This document shows, in pieces, positions 1 to 7,442 of a stretch of DNA of 16,538 bases. The notes below the pieces were generated by a model. That model searched no databases. It was not told the DNA's origin and worked only from the letters and a program-made list of their open reading frames with translations. Every line of letters starts with the position of its first letter. Positions within the stretch are counted from its first letter, which is position 1. The stretch is taken from assembly GCA_024404275.1 (NCBI GenBank), contig JAKSQG010000023.1, positions 1-16,538 on the forward strand, given 5' to 3'. This DNA is from Clostridia bacterium (GTDB lineage Bacteria; Bacillota; Clostridia; Christensenellales; Aristaeellaceae). Made by a program: the position numbers and the translations under genes.

Positions 1-642
1 GCTCGCCCCGTGACGCTGTCCTTCATGCCGGGACAGGGCTATTCGTACTCGGGCGAGGGGTATTATTACCTTCAGCGCACCATCGAGCACCTTACCGGAA
101 AAACACTTCAGCAGCTGTATGAGCAGTTCATTTTTGAGCCTGCCGGCATGCATCACAGCGCCGTACAATGGCGGGATGAGCTGCGTACGTGCTTTGCTTC
201 CCGGCACGACGAGTCCGGTGTCCTCATGCCCTTCCGCGAGCATCCCGACAACAAAGGCGTCGCGCCATAGCCCAACGCCGCATGGAGCCTGTACACCACC
301 GCATCGGATTACGCCGCCTTCCTGCGCTACTTCCTGCATCAAAAAGGCGGTCTGACCGATCCAACCTTTTCCCTGCTGACCTCGCCGCAAAGCAAGGCGG
401 ATAAAACCGTCTGCTGGGGCATGGGCTTTGGCATGATCGCCCCCGAGCCGGGTCTTCTGTGGCACTGGGGCGACAACAAGGGCTACAAAAATATGATGGC
501 CGCCGATATCGTCTCCGGCTGTGCCATCGTGCTGCTCTCCAACAGCGATGGCGGTCTTGAAGCGGAAATGAACATCCTGCGCCGTCTGACCGACTGCACG
601 CATTGGAATGCCGTTGAAAGCTTTATCCAAACTGCCGAATAA
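1..642 (+). CDS. Serine hydrolase / beta-lactamase-family protein, C-terminal part (5' end lies outside the window), read through an in-frame TAG at 268-270
   Basis: Frame 1 is open from base 1. It carries a YSYSGEGYYYL (YxN-like) motif and a later HWGDNKGY (KTG/HxG-like) motif. ORFs 10..270 and 421..642 share one frame, and the stretch between them translates without stops as PNAAWSLYTTASDYAAFLRYFLHQKGGLTDPTFSLLTSPQSKADKTVCWG, typical of this fold. Final stop is TAA at 640-642. Confidence 0.75.
268..270 (+). other. In-frame TAG inside the serine hydrolase CDS (putative sense/recoded codon)
   Basis: Context is gcg cca TAG ccc aac. Family-like sequence continues in the same frame on both sides. 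Confidence 0.7.
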
Positions 643-647
643 AACGC

Positions 648-677
648 TTGTTCATGTATACTTTCCTATTGTATAAT
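648..677 (+). promoter_or_regulatory. Putative sigma-A promoter for the acyltransferase gene
   Basis: TTGTTC (648-653), an 18-nt spacer, then TATAAT (672-677). The RBS AAAGGAGAAAG and the ATG at 703 follow downstream. Confidence 0.4.
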
Positions 678-702
678 ATCATTGAATGAAAGGAGAAAGT
701 GC

Positions 703-2730
703 ATGAGCAAGCGTTCTGTACGCACCATCGTTACCGCCAACGGGCTGGGCAGCATTTATATGTTTATGTTTTCCATGCTGCTCTCCGGTTTTTTGCTGAA
801 AGCGCCGCTGATTGGAGGCGCCCTGGCCATGTGCGGCCATTGCGGCACGATCTTTATGGCTTCCTCTGTCAGCCGTGTGCATCTGCTGAGCAAAAAACAG
901 ACGCGCTTCCAGCAGGTCATTTATCTTCTGCTGCTCGTCATCAATCTGGCGCTGCTGTTCCTATATCCCATGGATGTCCCACGGATCAACGTCTGGATCC
1001 TGTTTTTTGTGCTGCTGTCTCTCACCTTCAGCGGCGGTGCCGCCCGGCAAATGCTGCGCCGCGGCCCGGTACAAAAAGCTCTGCGCCTTCATTTTATTCT
1101 GCAGATCGTCCTTGCCGTATCCGGATCCGCATTGCTGCTCTTCTGGTTCCCGCGCTATCTCTATCTGACCGGCGGCTACTTGCTCGCCTTCGTTCTGCAA
1201 TTGTATGAGTGCTCCGGTCCGCGCAACAGCATCCCGGCTGAAACGCCCGACCTGTCCGATGCGCACAGTGCTTTTCTCAAGGGCAATGTCTTCCGCCTGT
1301 ATGAGACCGCCAGCGTACTCATCACCATGGCCTGTTACATCTCCATCATTCTGGTCTATTGCTCGCTGGCGCTGACAGCGGAAGGTCTCTTCATCTCCAT
1401 GGCCATCGCCTTTGTCACCAACATTCTGTTTGCCGAGGCTGCCGATTATCTGCTCCGCGTGCAGGACAAGCGCAAAGCCATCAAGCCCGACACCGTCATC
1501 ATCTTCAGCCTGCTTTTGTGGCTATGCGGTCTGGTCATGTACAGCCGCTATATCCTGCGCTATGAGCCCAATCTGCTGGCCGTATACTTCGGCATGGGCA
1601 TGTGTTCTGCCGGCATCGCCGTCAGTGTCCGCTGCCTGTCGCAGATGGACCGTGTGGTTCGTCAGGCCGTGCTGCTCAACGCCGAGGCTGCCGCGCCGCA
1701 GTACAGCACGCTGAGCTTCTTTAGAAATGAGACCGCCGCCGCACTCAGTGAAATGGCCGCGCTCATCGTCATCACGCTGCTGTTCACCTTCAATCACGGC
1801 GCTTATTTCCAGCAGCTCTCCGTAGACCGACTGCAGCCCTTCCTGCTGCTGCCGGCGGTACTGCTGCTCATTGCCGCGCTGCTGACCATGCTGCGCTATC
1901 CCGCCACCAATTATTACGCACAAAAGTTAGCGCGTCTGCTGGGACTGCGTGCCTCGGGAAAAGTCAACGATGCCCTCACCCGTCAGGTGGAAAGCATCTT
2001 TGTCGAAGAACGCAAGCGTCCCCTTGGCACCAACATTCTCAAATTCCTGTTCCGTCCCTTCTGCCGTCATAAGCTTTCGGGCACCGAAAACATCCACGAG
2101 GACCCGGATAATCCGTTGGTATTCCTGTGCAACCATGCCTCGGTCTACGGTCCTTTGACCGCCGTGCTGAACATCCCCCAACCCGTTCGTCCCTGGGTCG
2201 TCAGCAACATCGTGGGCACCCCGCAATAGTTTGCCGATTATTTCCTCGAAAACACACTCGGCCCCGCCAAGCATTATCCCGAGCGCCTGAAGCCCGCCAC
2301 CGCGCTGTTTTTGGGCAAGCTCAGCGTATGGTGCATGCATCAGCTTGATTCCATCCCCGTCTACCGCGAAAAGCCCTCGCAGCTGCGTCAGACCTTCCGT
2401 CTTTCCTCCGACGCGCTGGAAAGCGGTGACAACCTGCTCATCTTCCCATAGGATCCCTCCGCGGAGTCTGACGGAGGTTATGTCCTGGAGGGCGTCGGTC
2501 ACCTCTATGAGGGCTTCACCCTGCTGGCGACAGTCTATTACAAGCGCACCGGCAAGTGCTGCCGCTTCCTGCCGATGTTTGCCCACAAGGAAAGCAAGAC
2601 CATCACCTTCGGGCAGGAAATCCGCTACGACCCCTCCCATCCCGACATCGAGGAACGCGAACGCATCTGCCGCGAAGCGGAACAGCAGATGCATGACCTG
2701 TACGAGCGTGCCTGTCGGAAGCATCCATAA
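703..2730 (+). CDS. Fusion protein of about 675 codons: N-terminal polytopic (MFS-like?) membrane domain plus C-terminal divergent PlsC/LPLAT-type acyltransferase domain, read through two in-frame TAGs
   Basis: ATG at 703 follows the RBS AAAGGAG. About 440 aa of repeated hydrophobic segments come first. The acyltransferase blocks are FLCNHASVYGP (an HX4D-like block, but with G where D is expected), SIPVYREK, and LLIFP-[TAG]-DPS at the motif III (FPEG-like) position. The frame stays open and protein-like from 2230 to the TAA at 2728-2730 apart from the TAGs at 2227 and 2449. Confidence 0.75.
2227..2229 (+). other. In-frame TAG number 1 in the acyltransferase CDS (putative sense codon)
   Basis: Context is ccg caa TAG ttt gcc, giving ...VGTPQ-X-FADYFLENTL... 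in the same frame as the ATG at 703. Confidence 0.7.
2449..2451 (+). other. In-frame TAG number 2 in the acyltransferase CDS, at the conserved Glu position of the FPEG-like motif
   Basis: Context is ttc cca TAG gat ccc, giving LLIFP-X-DPSAESDGGY. It is in frame with the start at 703 and the TAA at 2728. Confidence 0.7.
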
Positions 2731-2740
2731 ATCAGCATCA

Positions 2741-2772
2741 AAAAAGCGTCTTCCCTGCGGAAGACGCTTTTT
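2741..2772. terminator. Bidirectional rho-independent terminator between convergent genes
   Basis: AAAAAGCGTCTTCC, loop CTGC, GGAAGACGCTTTTT forms a perfect 14-bp stem with A/T runs on both sides. It sits between the TAA at 2730 (+) and the TAA at 2781 (-). Confidence 0.75.
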
Positions 2773-2780
2773 GATTGTCC

Positions 2781-3638
2781 TTACTTCACGGCGATGGTGC
2801 CGCTCGCAATGCTCTGCGTTCCTTTGCTGTTGACGGTTTTGCCTTCCGCCTCCACATTGATCTGTCCCCCGGTGATGGACAGGTCGGTAGCAGACTGAAT
2901 GCCGTCATCGCCGCTCACAATGGTGATACTGCCGCCGGCAATATACACATAGCCCTTGCCGGCTTTGTTATCCGTATCGGCCTTGATGCCGTCGCCCGCA
3001 GCGTTCAGCACGAGTGTACCATCCTTGATGGACACGGAATCATTGCCCTTCAGGGCATTCTTGGCGGCCACCACGGTGATATTGCCGGAAACAATGTGCA
3101 AATCGTTCTTGGTGCCGATACCGTTGCCCATGTTGCCGTTGACGGTCAGAATGCCGTTGCCGTTGATGCACAAATCATCCTTGGCATAGATGCAGGCATT
3201 GGGCTGCTTGTCCAGTGCCAACGTATACGCAGCGGCGTCCGTCAGCGTGTTGACAGAGCCGTCCGCCAGTGTGATCTTGCACTTATCGGCAGAAACGATA
3301 TAGATGGGGGCGCTGTCAGCGCAGGTGAGTGTCAGACCGTTCAGCACCAGATGCACCTTGGCGTTTTTGTCGACCTCCACCTGAACGCGGCCGTTAGCGC
3401 ATTCGCCGCTGAGCACATAAGTGCCCGCCGCATTGATATACACGGTGGTGCCATCCACAGCAGCGCCGCTGCCATTGACCAGTACGCCATTTTCAGAGAA
3501 GGTAACGGTCACCGCTTCGGTCCAGGAAGCGTCCAGATCATACTTGGTGAAGACATCGGAATAATCCGCCGCCATCGCGGAAGCCAGCATCATAGAAGCC
3601 AGCACAATGCTCAGCAGCAGGCTCATCAGTTTTTTCAT
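2781..3638 (-). CDS. Secreted beta-helix protein, probably a Cthe_2159-like carbohydrate-binding domain protein
   Basis: RBS AAAGGAG lies 7 nt before the ATG. The signal peptide MKKLMSLLLSIVLASMMLASAMA/AD precedes Gly/Asn/Asp-rich repeats (INGNGILTVNGN, ITVVAAKNALKGN, ITIVSGDDGIQS). The family assignment is from memory. Confidence 0.75.
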   Translation of the reverse strand: MKKLMSLLLSIVLASMMLASAMAADYSDVFTKYDLDASWTEAVTVTFSENGVLVNGSGAAVDGTTVYINAAGTYVLSGECANGRVQVEVDKNAKVHLVLNGLTLTCADSAPIYIVSADKCKITLADGSVNTLTDAAAYTLALDKQPNACIYAKDDLCINGNGILTVNGNMGNGIGTKNDLHIVSGNITVVAAKNALKGNDSVSIKDGTLVLNAAGDGIKADTDNKAGKGYVYIAGGSITIVSGDDGIQSATDLSITGGQINVEAEGKTVNSKGTQSIASGTIAVK

Positions 3639-3673
3639 GGAATGATCTCCTTTCGGTTTTCGGGAACATCTTT

Positions 3674-3702
3674 AGTGTACCATACCAATTATTGAAAAAC
3701 AA
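3674..3702 (-). promoter_or_regulatory. Possible promoter for the beta-helix gene
   Basis: On the minus strand: TTGTTT (3697-3702), a 17-nt spacer, then TGgTACACT, an extended -10 with its hexamer at 3674-3679. Confidence 0.35.
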
Positions 3703-3729
3703 CCGGAATTGCATGAACGGTGTGTGAAT

Positions 3730-5076
3730 TTACACCTTCGGTGGGGCGATATAGCCATACTTGTCGCGCAGCCGCACCCAGAAATATACCGTGACCGCCA
3801 GCGACAGCAGTTCTGAAAAGAAAACGGAAAGCCATACACCGTCCAACTGCCAGAATAGCGGCAGCAGCAGCACCATCCCCGCTTGAAACAGCAGCGTACG
3901 CACAAAGGAGATGCCCGCCGACACCGCGCCGTTGTTGAGTGCGGTAAAGAAAGCCGAGCCATAAATGTTGAACCCGCACAGCAGGAACGCCAGGCTGTAC
4001 AGCCGAAAGGCGTGCTCGGTCATGGCCAGCAGCTCGGCATCATAGCTGACATACAGCAGTGCCAGCGGTCGGGACAGACCGATGGCGATCGCCGTCATGC
4101 CGATTGCCGCCAAACCGATCAGGTGCAGGCTTTTGGCAAAAATATTCTGCAATTCTCTGCGATTCTGCGCCCCGTGGTTGAAGCTGACAATGGGTGCCGT
4201 GCCCATTGAATAGCCGATATAGACCGATATAAAGATGAAATTGACGTACATGATGACGCCGAACGCTGCCACCCCTGCTTCCCCTGCCAACCGCATCAGT
4301 TGAAAATTGAAAAGCATATTGACCACCGACAGGGAAATATTGGTCATAAACTCACTGACGCCGTTCGAGCATGTTTTCCAAAGCGCCGAAAGATCAAGCC
4401 AGGCGCTTCCCAGATGCAGGCGGCTGCGGTTTGGCAACGCGAAGTAGACAAGCGGAATGATGCCGCCTACCATCTGACTGATCGCAGTCGCCCAGGCGGC
4501 CCCCGTAACCCCCAAGCGCAGCATGCCCACCAGCACAGCATCGCCAACCATATTGGTCACGCCCGCGGCGATGGTCAGGTACAATCCCAGCTGCGGTCTC
4601 TCTGCTGCTACCAGAAAGCTTTGGAACAGATTCTGCAGCATGAAGGGGACAAGCGCCATCATGATGATGCGCCCGTAGTCCACACAGTAGGGCAGCATTT
4701 CCTCCGTCGCACCCAGCAGCAATGCCACATCCCTGAGCCATATTTCGCCGATGACAGTCAGAATCAGGCCCATGATGATGATAAAATACACCAGCATGCT
4801 GAAGATGCGGTTGGCCTCCCGCGGCTTATTTTCGCCAAACCGCATCGATACCAATGCCGTACCGCCCGTACCCACCATAAAGCCGATGGAGGAGAAAATC
4901 ATCAGGAAAGGCATGATCAGGTTGATGGCCGCAAAAGGCGTTTTCCCTGTCCAGTTGGACACAAAAAAGCCATCCACCACGCCGTAAATGGAGGTAAACA
5001 CCATCATGCCCACAGACGGCATCACAAACCGAAGCAGCTTTTTATAATCAAAATGATCCGACAGGGCAATGTTCAT
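3730..5076 (-). CDS. MATE-family multidrug/toxin efflux transporter
   Basis: 448 aa and about 12 hydrophobic segments. The N-terminus (KKLLRFVMPSVGMMVFTSIYGVVDGFFVSNWTG) is typical of MATE proteins. ATG at 5076 follows the RBS GGAGGAG. The upstream extension to 5166 lies inside the GNAT gene. Stop is TAA. Confidence 0.88.
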   Translation of the reverse strand: MNIALSDHFDYKKLLRFVMPSVGMMVFTSIYGVVDGFFVSNWTGKTPFAAINLIMPFLMIFSSIGFMVGTGGTALVSMRFGENKPREANRIFSMLVYFIIIMGLILTVIGEIWLRDVALLLGATEEMLPYCVDYGRIIMMALVPFMLQNLFQSFLVAAERPQLGLYLTIAAGVTNMVGDAVLVGMLRLGVTGAAWATAISQMVGGIIPLVYFALPNRSRLHLGSAWLDLSALWKTCSNGVSEFMTNISLSVVNMLFNFQLMRLAGEAGVAAFGVIMYVNFIFISVYIGYSMGTAPIVSFNHGAQNRRELQNIFAKSLHLIGLAAIGMTAIAIGLSRPLALLYVSYDAELLAMTEHAFRLYSLAFLLCGFNIYGSAFFTALNNGAVSAGISFVRTLLFQAGMVLLLPLFWQLDGVWLSVFFSELLSLAVTVYFWVRLRDKYGYIAPPKV

Positions 5077-5089
5077 ATCGCTCCTCCGT

Positions 5090-5716
5090 TCAGAAACGCC
5101 TAATGAAGCTCCAGCTGCCAAATCCCCGCCCGTTGTGCTCAAAGCGTCGCTCGTCAAACACCTCAAAACCGTTTTTCAGGTAAAAGCGGCGGTTGGGTTC
5201 GGAATTGGTAAACAGGCTCACCGCCTCGGCACCGTGCTCACGGGCATAGGGCAGCAGCCCCTCCTGCACAAAGCGGCTGCCGATACCCTTCCCTTCCTCG
5301 GATGAAGCCACGGTCAGCAGGCTCAGGTACCATGTATTGCCGTGAAGCGCATGACAGGGCGCAGACGCCTGCGGCTCCATGGCATTCCAGGCATTGACAT
5401 CCTTGCTGCCGCCGCGGCGAAGGACACCGAGCCAGCCTGCGCACACATACGCCCAGTCCCCGGGCTTCTTGAAATCGGGTGCGCAAAGCTGTCCGACCGC
5501 CACGATATGTCCGTTTTCTTTGGCGGTGATAAAATGAACGGTGGGCAAGCTCTTATTGGCCTTGAATTCACAGCGCAGCAGCGCATCCAGAAAACGGTGA
5601 CGCCGCTCGTCTTCCGTCACATATGCCGCAAAATACTCATAATCATAAAAAGCCCGGGCCGCCAGAGCAGCGCACTCCTTCCACTCGGAGGGCTTCATTT
5701 TTTCAAATGTCAGCAT
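5090..5716 (-). CDS. GNAT-family N-acetyltransferase
   Basis: 208 aa. ATG at 5716 follows the RBS AAGGAG. An acetyl-CoA binding-like block (EEGKGIGSRF) and a C-terminal NRRFYLKNGFEV are present. Stop is TGA at 5090-5092, 13 nt before the MATE start. Confidence 0.82.
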   Translation of the reverse strand: MLTFEKMKPSEWKECAALAARAFYDYEYFAAYVTEDERRHRFLDALLRCEFKANKSLPTVHFITAKENGHIVAVGQLCAPDFKKPGDWAYVCAGWLGVLRRGGSKDVNAWNAMEPQASAPCHALHGNTWYLSLLTVASSEEGKGIGSRFVQEGLLPYAREHGAEAVSLFTNSEPNRRFYLKNGFEVFDERRFEHNGRGFGSWSFIRRF

Positions 5717-5740
5717 TTCAAAACTCCTTTTGAATATATG

Positions 5741-5774
5741 AAAAAAGACGCTTGCTTTCGCAACCGTCTTTTTA
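5741..5774 (-). terminator. Terminator of the tRNA operon
   Basis: Minus strand reads AAAAGACGGTTGC-GAAA-GCAAGCGTCTTTTTT: a stem with one mismatch followed by a T6 run, immediately 3' of tRNA-Cys. Confidence 0.55.
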
Positions 5775-5775
5775 C

Positions 5776-5850
5776 TGGAGGCGCAGTCCGGATTCGGACC
5801 GGAGCATAAAGGTTTTGCAGACCTTCGCCTTACCACTTGGCTACTGCGCC
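5776..5850 (-). tRNA. tRNA-Cys (GCA), CCA encoded
   Basis: Hand-folded: acceptor GGCGCAG/CTGCGCC, anticodon arm AAGGT-CTGCAAA-ACCTT, T arm TCCGG-TCCGAAT-CCGGA. The T loop has C where the near-universal U55 is expected. Confidence 0.9.
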
Positions 5851-5858
5851 GAAAAAAA

Positions 5859-5934
5859 TGGAGCGGTAGACGAGGCTCGGACTCGCGACCTCAACCTTGG
5901 CAAGGTTGCGCTCTACCAACTGAGCTACTACCGC
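5859..5934 (-). tRNA. tRNA-Gly (GCC), CCA encoded
   Basis: Acceptor GCGGTAG/CTACCGC, anticodon arm CAACC-TTGCCAA-GGTTG, T arm GCGAG-TCCGAGC-CTCGT. The T loop again has C at the U55 position. Confidence 0.9.
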
Positions 5935-5939
5935 ACACA

Positions 5940-6015
5940 TGGTGCCTTGGGGCGGAATCGAACCACCGACACGCAAATTTTCAGTCTGCTGCTCTACCTA
6001 CTGAGCTACCAAGGC
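5940..6015 (-). tRNA. tRNA-Phe (GAA), CCA encoded
   Basis: Acceptor GCCTTGG/CCAAGGC, anticodon arm GCAGA-CTGAAAA-TTTGC, canonical T loop TTCGATT. Confidence 0.92.
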
Positions 6016-6020
6016 ATATA

Positions 6021-6097
6021 TGGCGACCCGAATGGGGCTCGAACCCATGACCTCCAGCGTGACAGGCTGGCGTTCTAACCAACTGAACTACCGGGCC
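6021..6097 (-). tRNA. tRNA-Asp (GTC), CCA encoded
   Basis: Acceptor GGCCCGG/TCGGGTC with two G-U pairs, anticodon arm CCAGC-CTGTCAC-GCTGG, T loop TTCGAGC. Confidence 0.9.
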
Positions 6098-6105
6098 ACA
6101 ATTTG

Positions 6106-6181
6106 TGGTGGGAACAACAGGGCTCGAACCTGTGACCCTTTGCTTGTAAGGCAAATGCTCTCCCAGCTGAGCTATGCTCCC
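6106..6181 (-). tRNA. tRNA-Val (TAC), CCA encoded
   Basis: Acceptor GGGAGCA/TGTTCCC, anticodon arm TTTGC-CTTACAA-GCAAA, T loop TTCGAGC. Confidence 0.9.
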
Positions 6182-6205
6182 GTGGCGTCTTGCAACGCGT
6201 ATATA

Positions 6206-6234
6206 ATGATACCTTATCCAAGTGCATTTGTCAA
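6206..6234 (-). promoter_or_regulatory. Promoter of the tRNA operon
   Basis: Minus strand: TTGACA (6229-6234), a 17-nt spacer, then TATCAT (6206-6211), about 25 nt upstream of the tRNA-Val 5' end. Confidence 0.6.
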
Positions 6235-6301
6235 GCGTTTTTTCGTTCGTTTTTAAAAAAAGTTTGTTCGTATCATCTTTGTCCTTGAAACGGATTCGCA
6301 A

Positions 6302-6337
6302 ACAAAAATGCAGGGCCCCCCGAAGGGAGCCCTGCAA
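6302..6337 (-). terminator. Rho-independent terminator of the ABC transporter operon
   Basis: Minus strand: TGCAGGGCTCCC-TTCG-GGGGGCCCTGCA followed by TTTTTG, starting 12 nt after the binding-protein TAA. Confidence 0.75.
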
Positions 6338-6348
6338 GGTGCATCGAA

Positions 6349-7371
6349 TTACTTGGTGGTAACGGCGGTGTACAGGGTGTTCCAGTGATCCAGGATCTGA
6401 GCCTTGTTTTCGGTCAGGAACTTGACATCGCGGGTAACCCACTTGATGTCTTCGGTAGCGGGCAGATAGGACTCGGCACCGTACTCGGTGTTCTTGTTGG
6501 TCATACGCAGGGTCTGCAGGCCGGCGGCGATGGTGGTAGAACCTTCCTTGGAGCAGATCCAGTCGATCATGGCCTTGGCGGCGGCTTCGTGCTTGGCGCC
6601 CTTGATCACGGCAGCACCGAAAGCGGAAGCGGAGGAGCCTTCAGCGGGATAGATCATGGCCACGTTGGTAGCGCCCTGCTGCAGCAGCTTGGACACGCCA
6701 TCTTCGTAGGTCAGACCAACCACGTATTCGCCCTTCTGGACGGAGTTGAAGCAGGCAGAGGAGCTTTCGGTGATGACCAGGTTGGGCATCAGCTGCTCGA
6801 TGTAAGCCCAGGCTTCCTCGCTGTCATGTCCGTACACGGCCATGATGTTGCACAGGTTGTTCCAGGCAGAGGAGGAGGAGTTGGGGTTGGCCAGCAGGAT
6901 CTGACCCTTCAGGGCGGGAGTCAGCAGGTCAGCATAGCCCTTGATGTCCAGGCCCAGCTGAGCAGCCAGCTCGGTGTTGACGCAGAACACGACGGTGGAC
7001 AGATGGTCCATGGAGTAGAAGCCGTTGTCGCAGGCATAGCCTTCGATGGCTTCGGCGGAGTACTCAGACACCCAGTGCTCGAACAGATCAGAGTAGTTCA
7101 TGCCGTCGGAGTCGCACAGGCCGCCCCAAACCAGGTCGCCCTGGGGGTTGGCAGCTTCAGCGGCGATACGGCCAACGGTCTCACCGATCTTGCCGTACAC
7201 GGTCTCGACTTCGATGTCAGGATACACCTCGGCAAAGCCGTCCAGCATCACGTCCAGGTCGGTCTGAGTCATGGTGGTGTACAGGATCAGGGTATTGCCC
7301 AGATCTTCGGCGATGGCAGTGCAGCCAAGCGCCATCATGGCAACCAGAAGCAGCGCGAGGAACTTTTTCAT
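6349..7371 (-). CDS. ABC transporter substrate-binding protein (Fe3+/Fbp-like family 1 SBP), probable lipoprotein
   Basis: 340 aa. ATG at 7371 follows the RBS GGAAAGGAG. The signal sequence MKKFLALLLVAMMALGC has a lipobox-like ALGC. The sequence looks like a periplasmic-binding fold, and the gene lies downstream of the permease and ATPase. The substrate is not determinable from sequence. Confidence 0.8.
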   Translation of the reverse strand: MKKFLALLLVAMMALGCTAIAEDLGNTLILYTTMTQTDLDVMLDGFAEVYPDIEVETVYGKIGETVGRIAAEAANPQGDLVWGGLCDSDGMNYSDLFEHWVSEYSAEAIEGYACDNGFYSMDHLSTVVFCVNTELAAQLGLDIKGYADLLTPALKGQILLANPNSSSSAWNNLCNIMAVYGHDSEEAWAYIEQLMPNLVITESSSACFNSVQKGEYVVGLTYEDGVSKLLQQGATNVAMIYPAEGSSASAFGAAVIKGAKHEAAAKAMIDWICSKEGSTTIAAGLQTLRMTNKNTEYGAESYLPATEDIKWVTRDVKFLTENKAQILDHWNTLYTAVTTK

Positions 7372-7442
7372 AGGGGTAACTCTCCTTTCCTTAATAGGAA
7401 AATATTCCTTAATGCGGATGCTCTCCGCATAAAGTACAGGTT

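Noticed and set aside
2775-3695. 306-aa plus-strand ORF opposite the beta-helix gene
   Set aside because: The minus-strand frame has an RBS, a clean signal peptide and a repeat architecture. The plus-strand frame has none of these.
5077-5166. Longer N-terminal extensions offered by the ORF track: MATE to 5166, GNAT to 5836, SBP to 7533, ATPase to 10328
   Set aside because: The extensions overlap neighbouring genes, tRNAs or promoter regions and lack RBSs. The internal ATGs have strong AGGAGG-type RBSs and give family-typical N-termini.
5776-6181. Searched the five-tRNA cluster for a suppressor tRNA (CUA anticodon)
   Set aside because: Hand folding gives the anticodons GCA, GCC, GAA, GTC and TAC, all standard. 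The decoder of TAG, if any, is not in this window.
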